From Macrostomum lignano (Eukaryota), in assembly GCA_002269645.1 (NCBI GenBank), contig NIVC01002882.1, forward strand, positions 68,137 to 132,136: DNA of 64,000 nt, read 5' to 3'. This document shows, piece by piece, positions 53,001-64,000 of the stretch. Positions within the stretch are counted from its first letter, which is position 1. Each line of letters begins with the position of its first letter. The notes beneath the pieces were generated by a model that saw only the letters and a list, made by a program, of their open reading frames with translations, was not told the DNA's origin and did no database searches. The position numbers and the translations under genes are program-made.

Positions 53001-56000
53001 GCTCGCACTGGAATCGGGAATATCGTTAATACTTGATCCTCAATAGATTATCATTAATCCTTATTTTTCAAAAGCACTTACTGTAGTGGTTGAACCACAC
53101 CTGGCCACGCCGCTCAGGTAAGTGTGATCCGGCGACTCCACCCCTCTCTTGCAGGGGTCAAAGTCGATGCGGCGGAAGTCAATGTCCGACGTGGACACCG
53201 CTACGTACCTGAGGGGGGCAGGCACGTGTTTGGAATTGATAAGGTTGGAGGCTGAACCAGCAACTGACACTCTGGAAGGCTAGCCCAGAAACTGAGGATT
53301 TGGAGTGCTTGCTGGCCCAACAACTGAGGATCTGGAAGGCTGGCCCAGCATCTGAGGATCTGGGAGGCTGGCTCAGCAACTGAGGATTAGGGAGGCTGGC
53401 TCAGCAACTGAGGATCCGGGGGGCTGGCCCAGCAACTGAGGATCTGGGGGGCTGGCCCAGCAACTGAGGATCTGGGGGGCTGGCCCAGCAACTGAGGATC
53501 TGGGAGGCTGGCCCAGCAACTGAGGATCTGGGAGGCTGGCCCAGCAACTGAGGATCTGGGAGGCTGGCTCAGCAACTGAGGATCTGGGAGGCTGGCCCAG
53601 CAACTGAGGATCTGGGAGGCTGGCCCAGCAACTGAGGATCTGGGAGGCTGGCCCAGCAACTGAGGATCTGGGAGGCTGGCCCAGCAACTGAGGATGTGGG
53701 AGGCTGGCCCAGCAACTGAGGATGTGGGAGGCTGGCCCAGCAACTGGGGATGTGGGAGGCTGGCCCAGCAACTGAGGATGTGTGAGAAAACAGCCAGAAG
53801 AGAAGCAGGAAGCTACTTCAGACAAGCTATATAAGTCCTAAGAGTCAGAGCCGCCCAGATGCGCGCGCAGCCATTTACGCATTCAAGCAGACTTAACTGC
53901 AAACAAGCCCGACAACAGCTGGCTGAGGCCAGCCAATCAGAATAGAAAATGGTCCTGAACAATTTCTAAATTACTTCAAACAGCTCCCAGCCTACTCAAG
54001 CCTTCACGTTCATCAATTATAATTAAAATCGAATCAACAGTTTTGCCTAGGAGCTGTTAAAATAGAACAATTACGCAAAATTATTCTCAAAATACACAGA
54101 TGCTTAAGCCAATCAATGGATGTTTGAATGGATGATCAATGGAGCAAGCAGTCATGCCCATTCCGCAGACACTTGAGAAAGCAGGCGCACACGCTCACAC
54201 AGGGCGTATGACTACCCTTTTCAAAGCTTAGTTCAATTTTCACTGGCCATGTATAGTGCTAGAAAGTTATTGACGATACATATCGGCGGAGAGTCATTAT
54301 TGTCGGCTTCATTTTTATATATCTTTATCTCCCTCTCTCTTATCTTCCCTCTCTTCAATCTGCCTCTCTCCTGTCTCCCTCTCTCTTATCTGCCTCTCTC
54401 TTATCTGCCTCTCTCCTGTCTCCCTCACTCTTATCTGCCTCTCTCCGGTCTCCCTCTCTCTTATCTGCCTCTCTCCTGTCTCCCTCTCTCTTATCTGCCT
54501 CTCTCCTGTCTCCCTCTCTCTTATCTGCCTCTCTCTCTCTTATCTGCCTCTCTCCTGTCTCCCTCTCTCCTGTATCCCTCTCTCTTATCTCCCTCTCTCT
54601 TATCTGCCTCTCTCCTGTCTCCCTCTCTCTTATCTGCCTCTCTCCTGTCTCCCTCTCTCTTATCTGCCTCTCTCCTGTATCCCTCTCTCTTATCTCCCTC
54701 TCTCTTATCTGCCTCTCTCCTGTCTCCCTCTCTCTTATCTGCCTCTCTCCTGTCTCCCTCTCTCTTATCTGCCTCTTTCCTGTCTCCCTCTCTCTTATCT
54801 GCCTCTCTCCTGTCTCCCTCTCTCTTATCTGCCTCTCTCCTGTCTCCCTCTCTCTCATCTGCCTCTCTCCTGTATCCCTCTCTCTTATCTCCCTCTCTCT
54901 CATCTCCCTCTCTCTTATCTCCCTCTCTCTCATCTCCCTCTCTCATCTTTCCCATCTCTATCCAATAAACAGCCAGCAAGACAGGCACTCACTTGGGACT
55001 GCGCAGGTTAGTCTCGATACTGTAGCGCCTCATAAAGTCGATAACGGGGCCAACACTGCTGACTAGCCACATGTTGGTCCTGCCGCAGTCGAAGTAGGGC
55101 CTACTAAAGTACACAGGATGATAATTCTCTTGAATGCCAGGCGATGGCGGGCCGAAGAACCTTCGAGTCACGTTGGGAGTTTTGCCCATCACGCCGGGGG
55201 AGCTAGAGTTGTAGATGTTGTAGTCGTACTGGTGCTTGGCTTGGTTGTCCGTTCTGCGCGGGCGGGTGACAGCAAGGTGACAGAATGATATACACTGCGA
55301 TACAAATTTGTCAGTACATTCTCGCATCTACCTACTACTTTATCTACTTACTTTACAAACTAGTAAAGTAGTCTAGTAAATCGGATTAATTGTCATTCTC
55401 AAATATAAAATCTGCTCAATCCTTTATCCAGAAGCTGCTCAATCATTTATCCAGAAGCTGCTCAATCCTTTATCCAGAAGCTGCTCAATCCTTTATCCTG
55501 AAGCTGCTCAATCATTTATCCTGAAGCTGCTCAATCCTTTATCCAGAAGCTGCTCAATCCTTTATCTTGAAGCTGCTCAATCCTTTATCCTGAAGCTGCT
55601 CAATTCTCTATCCTGAAGCTGCTCAATCCTTTATCTTGAAGCTGCTCAATCCTTTATCCTAAAGCTCTTCAACCCTCTATCTAAGCTACCAAATGTACTC
55701 TAACAGATTCATTAAAAAATCTGCGTTAGAAAAAGGGGCAGTTCTACCTGAGATCTGGTATGAAGTCAATCTTAATCCTAGGATCGGGATCGTACAAGAA
55801 CAGCGGATTAAGCCGGTGCCATCTAGCCGTGTAGTTGTGATTCGGCCCGGCGCCCAGGTCCTCCACTATAATAGTGTTATTGGTGGGCTCGCGCAGCCAG
55901 TTAACATTATCCTGATAGTCGTCCAGCCGCCAGGCCTTCGGTCCAAACAGCGGCAGAGTCTGGTTAAAATTGAGTATAGTAGGAAACCAGTTGGCGTACT

Positions 56001-56445
56001 GGCAGTGAGTGTCAAACAGAATGGATGAACCATTGAGCAGGCCAGGCGCTGAGGTCACGGTAGCAGCTGAGCTCAGGTAATAGTACATGAATCCTGGCAA
56101 CAAAGGAAAATCAAATTCAGACTCGTTCAATCGCTGCAGGATATAGGAGAAGAAGTAGCCTCGGTTCAGCGCCATGTTGTGCAGATGGATCAGCTTAGTT
56201 CGATTGGGGAATACCACAATCTGAGGCAGAACGTTAAACTTGGGCACCTGACCCAGAGTGTTCACTGGCAGCCGCAGCGAGTCAATGCTCATCTCTTTGC
56301 AATTCTTTTCATCCACGCTGATCATTTTCTCCATGATCAAATCGAAATTGTCCCTGTGCATCCAATCGTAGGGACCAATAGCGATTGAATAGCCAATTAG
56401 CAGGCAGGCTGCCGACACTGCGATGGCCAAACTGCCGCGGCCCAT
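47009..56445 (-). CDS. GPI-anchored protein with two GPR158/179-type Cache + EGF-like modules (Undicht-like), 961 aa; exons 56445-55748, 55253-54993, 53208-53082, 53007-52211, 50753-50414, 49799-49407, 47882-47725, 47120-47009
   Basis: All seven GT-AG junctions keep frame (2886 nt). Signal peptide; [18 protein letters not shown]; [16 protein letters not shown]...[12 protein letters not shown]...[22 protein letters not shown]; furin-type RRRKR; second module WSKPYFDC...AWVITVAVP...SKMDINMC...[13 protein letters not shown]; C-terminal [31 protein letters not shown]. The Undicht likeness is recalled, not searched. Confidence 0.88.
47185..47690. repeat. 28-bp minisatellite GTGACTATTGTATCACTGATCTAATCAG (intron 7)
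   Basis: Direct reading. Confidence 0.93.
48230..49330. repeat. 22-bp minisatellite ACTGACCTCGTGTCTAACAG(TC/CT) (intron 6)
   Basis: Direct reading. Confidence 0.95.
49890..50403. repeat. ~15-bp degenerate minisatellite GGGATCTGGGAATAT (intron 5)
   Basis: Direct reading. Confidence 0.9.
50900..52172. repeat. 32-bp minisatellite with two subtypes (intron 4)
   Basis: TTAACGATCCGAGGACCTAGGAAGAATGGTCC, then TTAAGAATCGGAGGGCTTGGGAAGAATGGTCC. Confidence 0.95.
53245..53782. repeat. 28-bp minisatellite GGCTGGCCCAGCAACTGAGGATCTGGGA (intron 2)
   Basis: Direct reading. Confidence 0.95.
54325..54960. repeat. CT-rich compound repeat (CTTATCTGCCTCTCTCCTGTCTCCCTCTCT-like; intron 2)
   Basis: Direct reading. 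Confidence 0.93.
55410..55685. repeat. 23-bp minisatellite GAAGCTGCTCAATCCTTTATCC(A/T) (intron 1)
   Basis: Direct reading. Confidence 0.93.
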
Positions 56446-57149
56446 TTTGATACTACTGCATGCAGTAAGTAGGCAGGTTAAGCGTTTTAATTTCTTATTT
56501 ATTATACTATTATAAACAAGAGTAATTCCTATAGATTTACATTCTGTAAAAACAATTTATTGATAGAAAATATGTCCAAAAGTCTGTTTGCAACATTTTG
56601 ACTTTGATTTGAACTTTGAAGTTATCTTTTCCTTTTTGTTTTCATGTGGTTAGCAAAGAATCTTGGGTATACAACTATATCCCACTAGCATTAGTATTAG
56701 TAAGGTTGTCCAAAGTCAGAACTGCATCCAAGAATGCTTTTAGTCCACAGGTCCTATGTGAAAGGTTTTGAAATATTTGTAGGTTGAACACAAACTTTGA
56801 CTTTGTACTAAAGAATAAATTCATTGACATGTGATTGACAATGACATTGCACTGTTGAAATATTGGATCTATCTAGATATTCTAAGGCCCACTACAAATG
56901 GGTCACATTTGGCACTAAATTGATGAATTAAAAGCTTATTAATTTCCTAGCTGAATAGCAAAAAAATAGCACATACTCTAAAATATAGAGAATAACATTT
57001 TTACTTAACTATTTATTTAGCAAAGTTATTTTTTTTTGCAAAAAAACCCATTTTCATTCAACTTTACCTTTTATATACATGTTGGCAAATCATAGGACCC
57101 TCAATGAAGACCATATTAATTTTTAAAGGAAATTAATTCTGCTTTAAAT

Positions 57150-57790
57150 AGAACTATAACTATTTATAAGAACTATAACTATTTATGAGAACTATAACTA
57201 TTTATGAAAACTATAACTATTTATGAGAACTATAACTATTTATGAGAACTATAACTATTTATTTATGAGAACTATAACTATTTATGAAAACTATAACTAT
57301 TTATGAAAACTATAACTATTTATGAAAACTATAACTATTTATGAGAACTATAACTATTTATGAAAACTATAACTTTTTATGAGAACTATAACTATTTATG
57401 AAAACTATAACTATTTATGAGAACTATAACTATTTATGAAAACTATAACTATTTATGAGAACTATAACTATTTATGAAAACTATAACTATTTATGAGAAC
57501 TATAACTATTTATGAAAACTACAACTATTTATGAAAACTATAACTATTTATGAGAACTATAACTATTTATTTATGAGAACTATAACTATTTATGAAAACT
57601 ATAACTATTTATGAGAACTATAACTATTTATGAGAACTAAAACTATTTATGAGAACTATAACTATTTATGAGAACTATAACTATTTATGAGAACTATAAC
57701 TATTTATGAGAACTATAACTATTTATGAGAACTATAACTATTTATGAGAACAAAAACTATTTATGAGAACTATAACTATTTATGAGAACA
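57150..57790. repeat. 19-bp minisatellite GA(G/A)AACTATAACTATTTAT
   Basis: Direct reading. Confidence 0.95.
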
Positions 57791-58179
57791 AACATTTTAG
57801 AAAATAAAAATATCAGAAAAAAATATTGGATAAACTTGAAGTCCCATGTGCCTTAGCCTTTTAATGCAGGTGATATTTATAAATTTCATTGCTCTGGCAA
57901 ATAGAGTATTTTGTATATCAGAAAAACTAAGCAACACTTGTACACTAGAGTCAAGGAGCACTAAACCAAAAGATCTGCTATATAAAAGCACCTTCTCACA
58001 TGCAACTCATGCTGTAACAACAAACCTATTGATTTATTTAAGATTATCAATTCCTGCTGCCATGACGGCATGAGCACACTTTGAACATCTTAAAGGCTAT
58101 GTACATCAAAGATGAGAACTTGAGTCTAAACTGCTAGCTAGCTATGGGAGGTGCCAGCTACCAACTCAGCCATGCTTGG

Positions 58180-58335
58180 GCGCAACATTGGGATTCACCT
58201 GGCCGTTTCTATTGGCAACACACGCATGTAAGTCGCTATTGGCTGAGAGCAGTCACGTGACTATTGTTCTGTCCAATAGCGACTTACATGCGTGTGTTGC
58301 CAATAGAAACGGCCGAGTGAATCCCAAAGTTGCGC
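58180..58335. other. Foldback element with a perfect 42-bp stem
   Basis: 58201-58242 is the exact reverse complement of 58273-58314; outer arms pair imperfectly to 58180/58335; AGTCACGTGACT in the loop. Confidence 0.9.
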
Positions 58336-59075
58336 ATGTATGAACTCAGCATGTTTTAGCTTAGAGTATATGCTATTGATTGCACTGTTTGTTAGATTTT
58401 TTATTAAAAACTATGAATATTTAATTTATATTGTTTATTCAACTAATTATAGGTATATTTATTTACACTGTTTATTCAACTTTCTATTTCATTACTGCCT
58501 TGACAATGACCTACAAGGGTCAAAATGCATTAAACATTAAATAAAAGAAAATCAAAACAAATTATTGTTTGTTCTCTCATTCATTCTATTCCTATTTATT
58601 AAGTGAACTGCTCTATTATAACTATTTAATAGATAATAAATATACTTTAGTAGAAAATATTTGATATTGGAAAAATATGAATCAAGCACATTATATGAAA
58701 TTAAACAAAATGACTATATCCATTAAATCAAGTCAACATATATTATAAAAGCTATGAAATAGCTAGGGCCTAGTTCTAAAATTATGCCTTAACTTGATAG
58801 TATTAGGCCAGCATAAATAGGCCTACTACTATTAAATAACAATACATCATATGATAGAGATCTATGGCTATAATTGCTATATGATTATTATGATTTTGAT
58901 ATAATATAGCATATCATATCAATCCTATATACTTAAAATGTAATAGCTAAAAATATGAATAGATGTTAGATCACAACAATAATGTTATAACTTTGAATAT
59001 AAATTGAATAAAATGAATACTTTTAATAAAACTTTGAATAAAATTTTAATATTCAATTAAATATGAATATGACAT

Positions 59076-59242
59076 TGCATGCAGGGGCTGATTTTGGGGG
59101 AGAGGACTCGACAAAACTAGCTTGACAAAACATATTGTGCCCCCCAAAAAAACTAAAATTTTGCTCCTTAAACTTCATTTTTCGCCCCTGGATACCTTTT
59201 CTTGCCCCTGGCCTAAGCTTGATTTTTTGCCCCCTGCATGCA
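59076..59242. mobile_element. Small MITE-like element
   Basis: TGCATGCAGGGG ... CCCCTGCATGCA inverted ends. Confidence 0.5.
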
Positions 59243-59261
59243 TTAATGCATTTTTGTGGGT

Positions 59262-59549
59262 AATGGCTAGAGTTCCGGCACTGGAACCTGTTTTCTAATG
59301 GCTATGGGTCTGGCAGTCTTCTGCAGGCAGTTATGTAGGCCTACTAATGAAGTCTTTGAAAATTAGAAGTATCTTGTTTTGAATCTCATCATTTCGTTTT
59401 GATCTTATCTTGAACAAATCCCAATATCAACCACCCATTAAAAAGTAAAATGTTTCTGCTATATTATACCCATAAATTGCACTACTGGAATACCACTGCC
59501 AGATCCATAGCTGTTAGAAATGGGTTCCAGTGCCGGAACTCTAGCCATT
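59262..59549. mobile_element. MITE with ~55-bp inverted ends
   Basis: AATGGCTAGAGTTCCGGCACTGGAACC...TGGCAGT (59262-59317) versus ACTGCCAG...GGTTCCAGTGCCGGAACTCTAGCCATT (59495-59549). Confidence 0.65.
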
Positions 59550-61129
59550 GCCATTTTTGCGCCGCTAGCTTAAAAATTGGCGCCCCTTATACTCGTGTTG
59601 GCGCCCCAAACTTGGACCGCCCCCCAAAATGAAACTCTAGATCCGCGACTGATTGCATGTGTATAGGAAGTAGGGCAGTAGGCCCATGTGATGTGTGTGT
59701 GCTGTGCTGTTTGCATGCATGGTGTGGCACACTGCACAGTACCTTTCAATCTTTTTTCACACTATTCCTCAATTAACTCGATTTAGTATATGGATTTTAG
59801 TTTTTTGATAAACAAAATTCTGCAGAAAAAAATTTAAAAGAACAGCTATTTTACTTCGAAATGTAGCTAAATGAAAATCTAAAATTTAACATGTCGTCAC
59901 ACGTCAAGCCTACATAGGACTACAAGTATAGTAGCCAATATAAAGTCTGGCAAAACAGTAAGCAGTCAACAAAAAAAACAAAATTTGGTTGTTTCGCACA
60001 CAAAAAATGGCACAGCAAAGGCAATAACTAACGATCATGGACGGACGGTCAAGAATAAAGAAAGAATTTCGATCGAAAATTTATTTCCACCTAAGTTGAA
60101 ATCAGAATACTTGCTTTACAATATGATGTCTAACTTTAAACAACTGCAATTTATTAATACTTTAAATTAATAATTATTTAAATGTTTATTTGTGTTTTGT
60201 TACGAACCTGTCATTTGTTTCTAACAATAAAATTTTGTTGAAACTTTTACTTTCAAAGTAGCACCGTTAAAAACACTCGAAAATACTTCTTGTGTTTTTT
60301 TGTCGATGGAATCAATTCAGAATTCAATGCTATTTATTCGTATTGATTGCATGCATCTAATTGTCACCATAAAAAGTCTATGGGACTACTTGATTGCCGA
60401 AGTACTTTAATACGAGTACTTACGCAACTGTGTTCCGGCCAAACTAAAGAATTGATTTGATTGATTGCGAAAAGGAAATGCTTGATTGCGAATTAGCAAC
60501 GATTTTGTCAGTGCTGCCGGAAGGTTTGATTTTAATTGTACCTTACCTTACAATCAAATTTACAGAATATACATGTACCGGTACATCTACCCATGTTTAT
60601 GACTTTTAGACTATAGACTGAAGCCTCGTCGATGATATGTTTTCCTTATATTAGTGAATAAATTCCCACGCAAACCAGTGACAGATAAACAAGCCTGATA
60701 AAAGTATCAAAAATTTCTATCTTTAGAGGTACACAGCCTCTGAAACTCTTTTCTCAACGATGTAATCCTACACAAACTATCGAAACTTACGATTGTCTCT
60801 CAGCTGCTCAAAAATAGATACGCATTTCTTAATTGTAATTTAATCCAATTGCACGCTAAGAACGAATTTTCAGTCCTATGTGACGCCGCATAACCCCCAT
60901 TCCCTTTACTTTTGTGACGATGTCATTTTCTTTCATACTTCTTTCCTATTTTGCGTCGTACGTGTAAAGCATATATCATCTCCTTCTACATGTACATTGC
61001 ACTTAAATTTAACCTTCTTATTTAATTTATTAGCGTTGATGTATTTTTGTTATACTTTTTGTTATTTGTTAGAAATAGTTAGCAGTATATAAAACGAATT
61101 CAAATCTAGCTCGTATTTACTCTCACTCT

Positions 61130-62455
61130 TCTCCAACGAATGGACCACGGCGCACATCGTCGCAGTTCTTAAGAAGTTGGGCACCACTGCCTTCAGTCCT
61201 AGCTGCGCTCAACCGGATGCTGTTATCGCGGTTGCAGCCCGTGCTGGATCCGTACCTGCGTCCTGAGCAGAATGACTTCCGGTCCCATCGTGGCACATTG
61301 ACGCAGATCCTGGCTTTCGGCGAGTCATCGAGGAAGCGCGGATACGCCAGTCGATCCTGATTGTTATCTTTAACTATAGATTTCAAGAAGGCATTCGACT
61401 CGGTCGTCCGGTCTGTGCTCCCAAAAGTGCTCCGTGCGTACAACGTGCCAGAGCAGCTGATTTCCGCTATCATGGTGATTTACCGTGATACGAAACTGCT
61501 GTTTCAACACCGGACAACCTATCGGACTTCTTTGAGACATCCTCCGGGGTGCTTCAGAGAGATACACTTGCGCCGTTCCTGTTCGCCTGTTCGTTCTGGT
61601 GCTTGACTGGGTGCTGCGGACCGCTCTTACTACCAACGTCGACGGCTTTCTGTTGCGGCGACGCTTGGGTCGACGTCAACCGGAGAGGCGGCCCAGCGTG
61701 CTTGGCTACGCCGACAATCTCGCCCTGCTGTCCTCAACGGTCGAGGGCGCCCAGCGACAACTGGACAAGCTAGTTGTTGTTGCGACGAGTGTCGACCTTG
61801 TGGTCAACGAAGACCGTCGTGCTCTGCGTGCCGGACGCCATCGAAGCTGCGATTTTGTGCCGAGGCGCTGATGGACAGGCGACAGCTTCCACGTTGTCAG
61901 CAGTTCGTCTACCTCGGCGGTCTGGTTCCCGGCGTCAGCGAGGATTTTCGGCGTCGCCGTGGGCTTGCCTGGGCTGCCTTTCGTTCTTTGAGGGCGGTCC
62001 TGCAGTCCGAGGCCCTACCTGACCGCCAGAGGGCGGCGTTGTTCCAGGCGGTGATCTAGACCGTCCTGCTGTACAGCGCCGAGACCTGGACGCTGACAGC
62101 AAGCTGACGCGGCGCACGCTGGCCTGCTGCGCGCCGCTTTCAAGATCGGCTACGAGCGAGTGACCAACGTGGCTTTGTGTCGCCGCGCCGGCCTGCTCCG
62201 TCCAAGCGACCTGCTGCGCCGTCGGCGACTCCAACTGGCAGGCCACATCATCCGAGCCGAGACGTACTGCCCAGAGCCGGTGCAGGAGGTGTTGCTGCTA
62301 ACGCTGCAGGCACCCTACCGGCGGGGACAGGCGCGCACTCGGCGTTTCGTCGACTGCCTGCGGGCTGACGCGGGCGCCCCGGATTCGGCCGGCGGCGTGG
62401 CGTTCATCCGCGACCTGGCCTTGAAGCGCGCCCTGTGACGCTAAATGCGCATTCT

Positions 62456-62513
<58 letters not shown>
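61130..62513 (+). mobile_element. RTE-clade LINE, 5'-truncated and frameshifted, with a (GTT)n tail
   Basis: IDFKKAFDSV, LGYADNLALLS, FVYLGG, TVLLYSAETW, RRRLQLAGHIIR; stop at 62438; (TGT)n at ~62457-62513. Confidence 0.92.
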
Positions 62514-62514
<1 letters not shown>

Positions 62515-62711
62515 CCCCCTTATATGCAAGTCCAGCCATGGCAAAGGGGGGCGGCTGCCACTGCATCCACCACTAAGTAAAAATAATAAACTGGCTAACA
62601 TATACCTAATAAGTTATAAGATGAATAAAATCTGAGAGTACACACAATACCGAATACAATTAGCAAATAACTATAAACTATTATTTAGATTTACCAAAGC
62701 TATCTCTTAAT

Positions 62712-63317
62712 TGTCAGTGTAGTGCATGCGCCCTTGTCAGTTGGCAGGGCGCGTTGCACTTTGGGGCTGGTTGGGGGGGTTGGCGGGCGTGGCAGGGTTT
62801 GGCCGCCGGCCGGGCTTTGCGCGTGCCCCTCCCCAGCCGTGCCCCTGCCCCGTGCTCAGGGCTGGTTGGCTGCGGCCGGCCAGCTTTGGCGCGGGTGCAG
62901 CCCCTCCCCCTTAGGCGGGTTTTGATTGGCTGGGCCGGCGTGGTTTGTTTTGGTGAGCTTAGCCGGTGGGCCGTCTGCCCCAGGGTTTGGGTGCTATTTA
63001 TGGTGCGACTCTGGCTCTTGCCCGCCACCTGCGTGCTTTTTGTGTTTTGGTGTGCTCCGAGAGTGCAAGCGCGAGACCTGATAAAAGAAACAGCAACATT
63101 AGCTACTTCGATAAAAGAAAGACAATAGCCTAATTGAGAAGAGTCTTGGAGAATTAAGAAGAAGTCGGAAACTGCGCTTGAGACCTGTGAATAATAAACG
63201 GTGAACAGTCATCTGGCCACTGGTAAGCCGCCTGCTGTTTGAGTCCTTTCTTTTCGGGAAGCTTGCTAGGCCGAATTCTTGCCAGAGCGTCATAACGCCG
63301 GGAGACCATATAGCTTC
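62712..63317 (+). mobile_element. Possible LTR of a second element, abutting the Gypsy LTR
   Basis: Starts TG; GC-rich then TATTTA and AATAAA-containing segments; no partner copy in the window. Confidence 0.3.
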
Positions 63318-64000
63318 TGTAGTACGGTACCGTTTACCATATATTGCGTACGCCCTACGGTATAGAGAATAGAAGCACTCGAGAGTGTCACCACACCTCG
63401 AGCCGCAGCGTGAACTCTGAGTGTCACAACACCAGAGGGATCAAATTATTATCGCAGAGCGTCGCCACGCCTGCTCGTCGTATTCATAAAAGTACAGACA
63501 GAGCGTCACAACGCCTGTTATATCACATATAATATATATTGTACTCGGACTGGGCACCCAAGCCGACCCGGGTTACAACAAATTGGCGCCCGAACAGGGA
63601 CCCTGTCCCCAAAGATTGAAAGTCGGCTCAGTTGCTTTCTATGAAAATTGCTGTCATATTGTGAGCGTTTTTTCTTATTAAAACGACTGTTGCTTATCGC
63701 TTGCGGCTATTGCCCTACCGCAAAAGACATTGATCACGGTGACAGACAACTGATTGGTTATCAGAGATCGATAGCTATCACCACCTCAGAGTAAAGAGTA
63801 GCAACGGTATTCAGTGACTTCGGCCATGGGTGATCAAGCTATGGACCAACTGATCGATGCGCTGGCTGCGCGCCTCAGAGCCAACGCCGACCGAGCAGCG
63901 CCACGACTCTCGAAGCCGCCCAAGTACATACCAACGATGAATTTCAGCCTATGGCTGCAGAGTTTCAACGAGTACTGCGAGGCTGTCGGTATAGAAGAAG
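63318..64000 (+). mobile_element. Ty3/Gypsy-type LTR retrotransposon 5' end (LTR ~63318-63577, PBS 63584-63601, gag from 63826)
   Basis: TGTA...TACA LTR ends; TGGCGCCCGAACAGGGAC is complementary to the tRNA-Lys(UUU) 3' end; gag-like ORF follows. Confidence 0.82.
63826..64000 (+). CDS. Gag-like protein N-terminus (partial, runs off the window)
   Basis: MGDQAMDQLIDALAARLRANADRAAPRLSKPPKYIPTMNFSLWLQSFNEYCEAVGIEE; P-x-F...W-x-x-x-F-x-x-Y pattern typical of Gypsy gag. Confidence 0.75.
   Translation, partial: MGDQAMDQLIDALAARLRANADRAAPRLSKPPKYIPTMNFSLWLQSFNEYCEAVGIEE

Noticed and set aside
47009-56445. Calling the large gene a GPCR (GPR158)
   Set aside because: The spliced frame ends after a single short hydrophobic tail; there is no 7TM region.
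63584-63601. Lentiviral/HIV contamination
   Set aside because: Only the tRNA-complementary 18-mer matches; the flanking LTR and gag are not lentiviral.

Overview
Eukaryotic (invertebrate) genomic DNA with spliced genes, many decayed transposons and about 30 distinct micro/minisatellites. The style suggests a free-living flatworm such as Macrostomum, but that is inference only. 1-20.7 kb: three degraded tandem copies of an unidentified minus-strand unit, each independently hit by LINE, piggyBac, Harbinger, SINE and MITE insertions. 20.9-32.6 kb: a tandem cluster of six paralogous 3-exon genes for small (78-103 aa) Cys/His/Tyr-rich proteins with no signal peptide. The ORF track misses them because every exon is under 60 codons. 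Three share a GGTACTGCC motif exactly 24 nt before the TATA box. This cluster is the best candidate for an undescribed system. 36-57 kb: a secreted PAN-like + fibrinogen C-domain gene, a calmodulin-like gene with a Gly-rich tail, and an 8-exon, 961-aa GPI-anchored protein with two GPR158-type Cache/EGF modules (Undicht-like). 58-64 kb: a perfect 42-bp-stem hairpin, MITEs, a decayed RTE LINE and the 5' end of a Gypsy element with a tRNA-Lys primer site. Gene models were spliced by hand; family names come from recalled motifs, not database searches.
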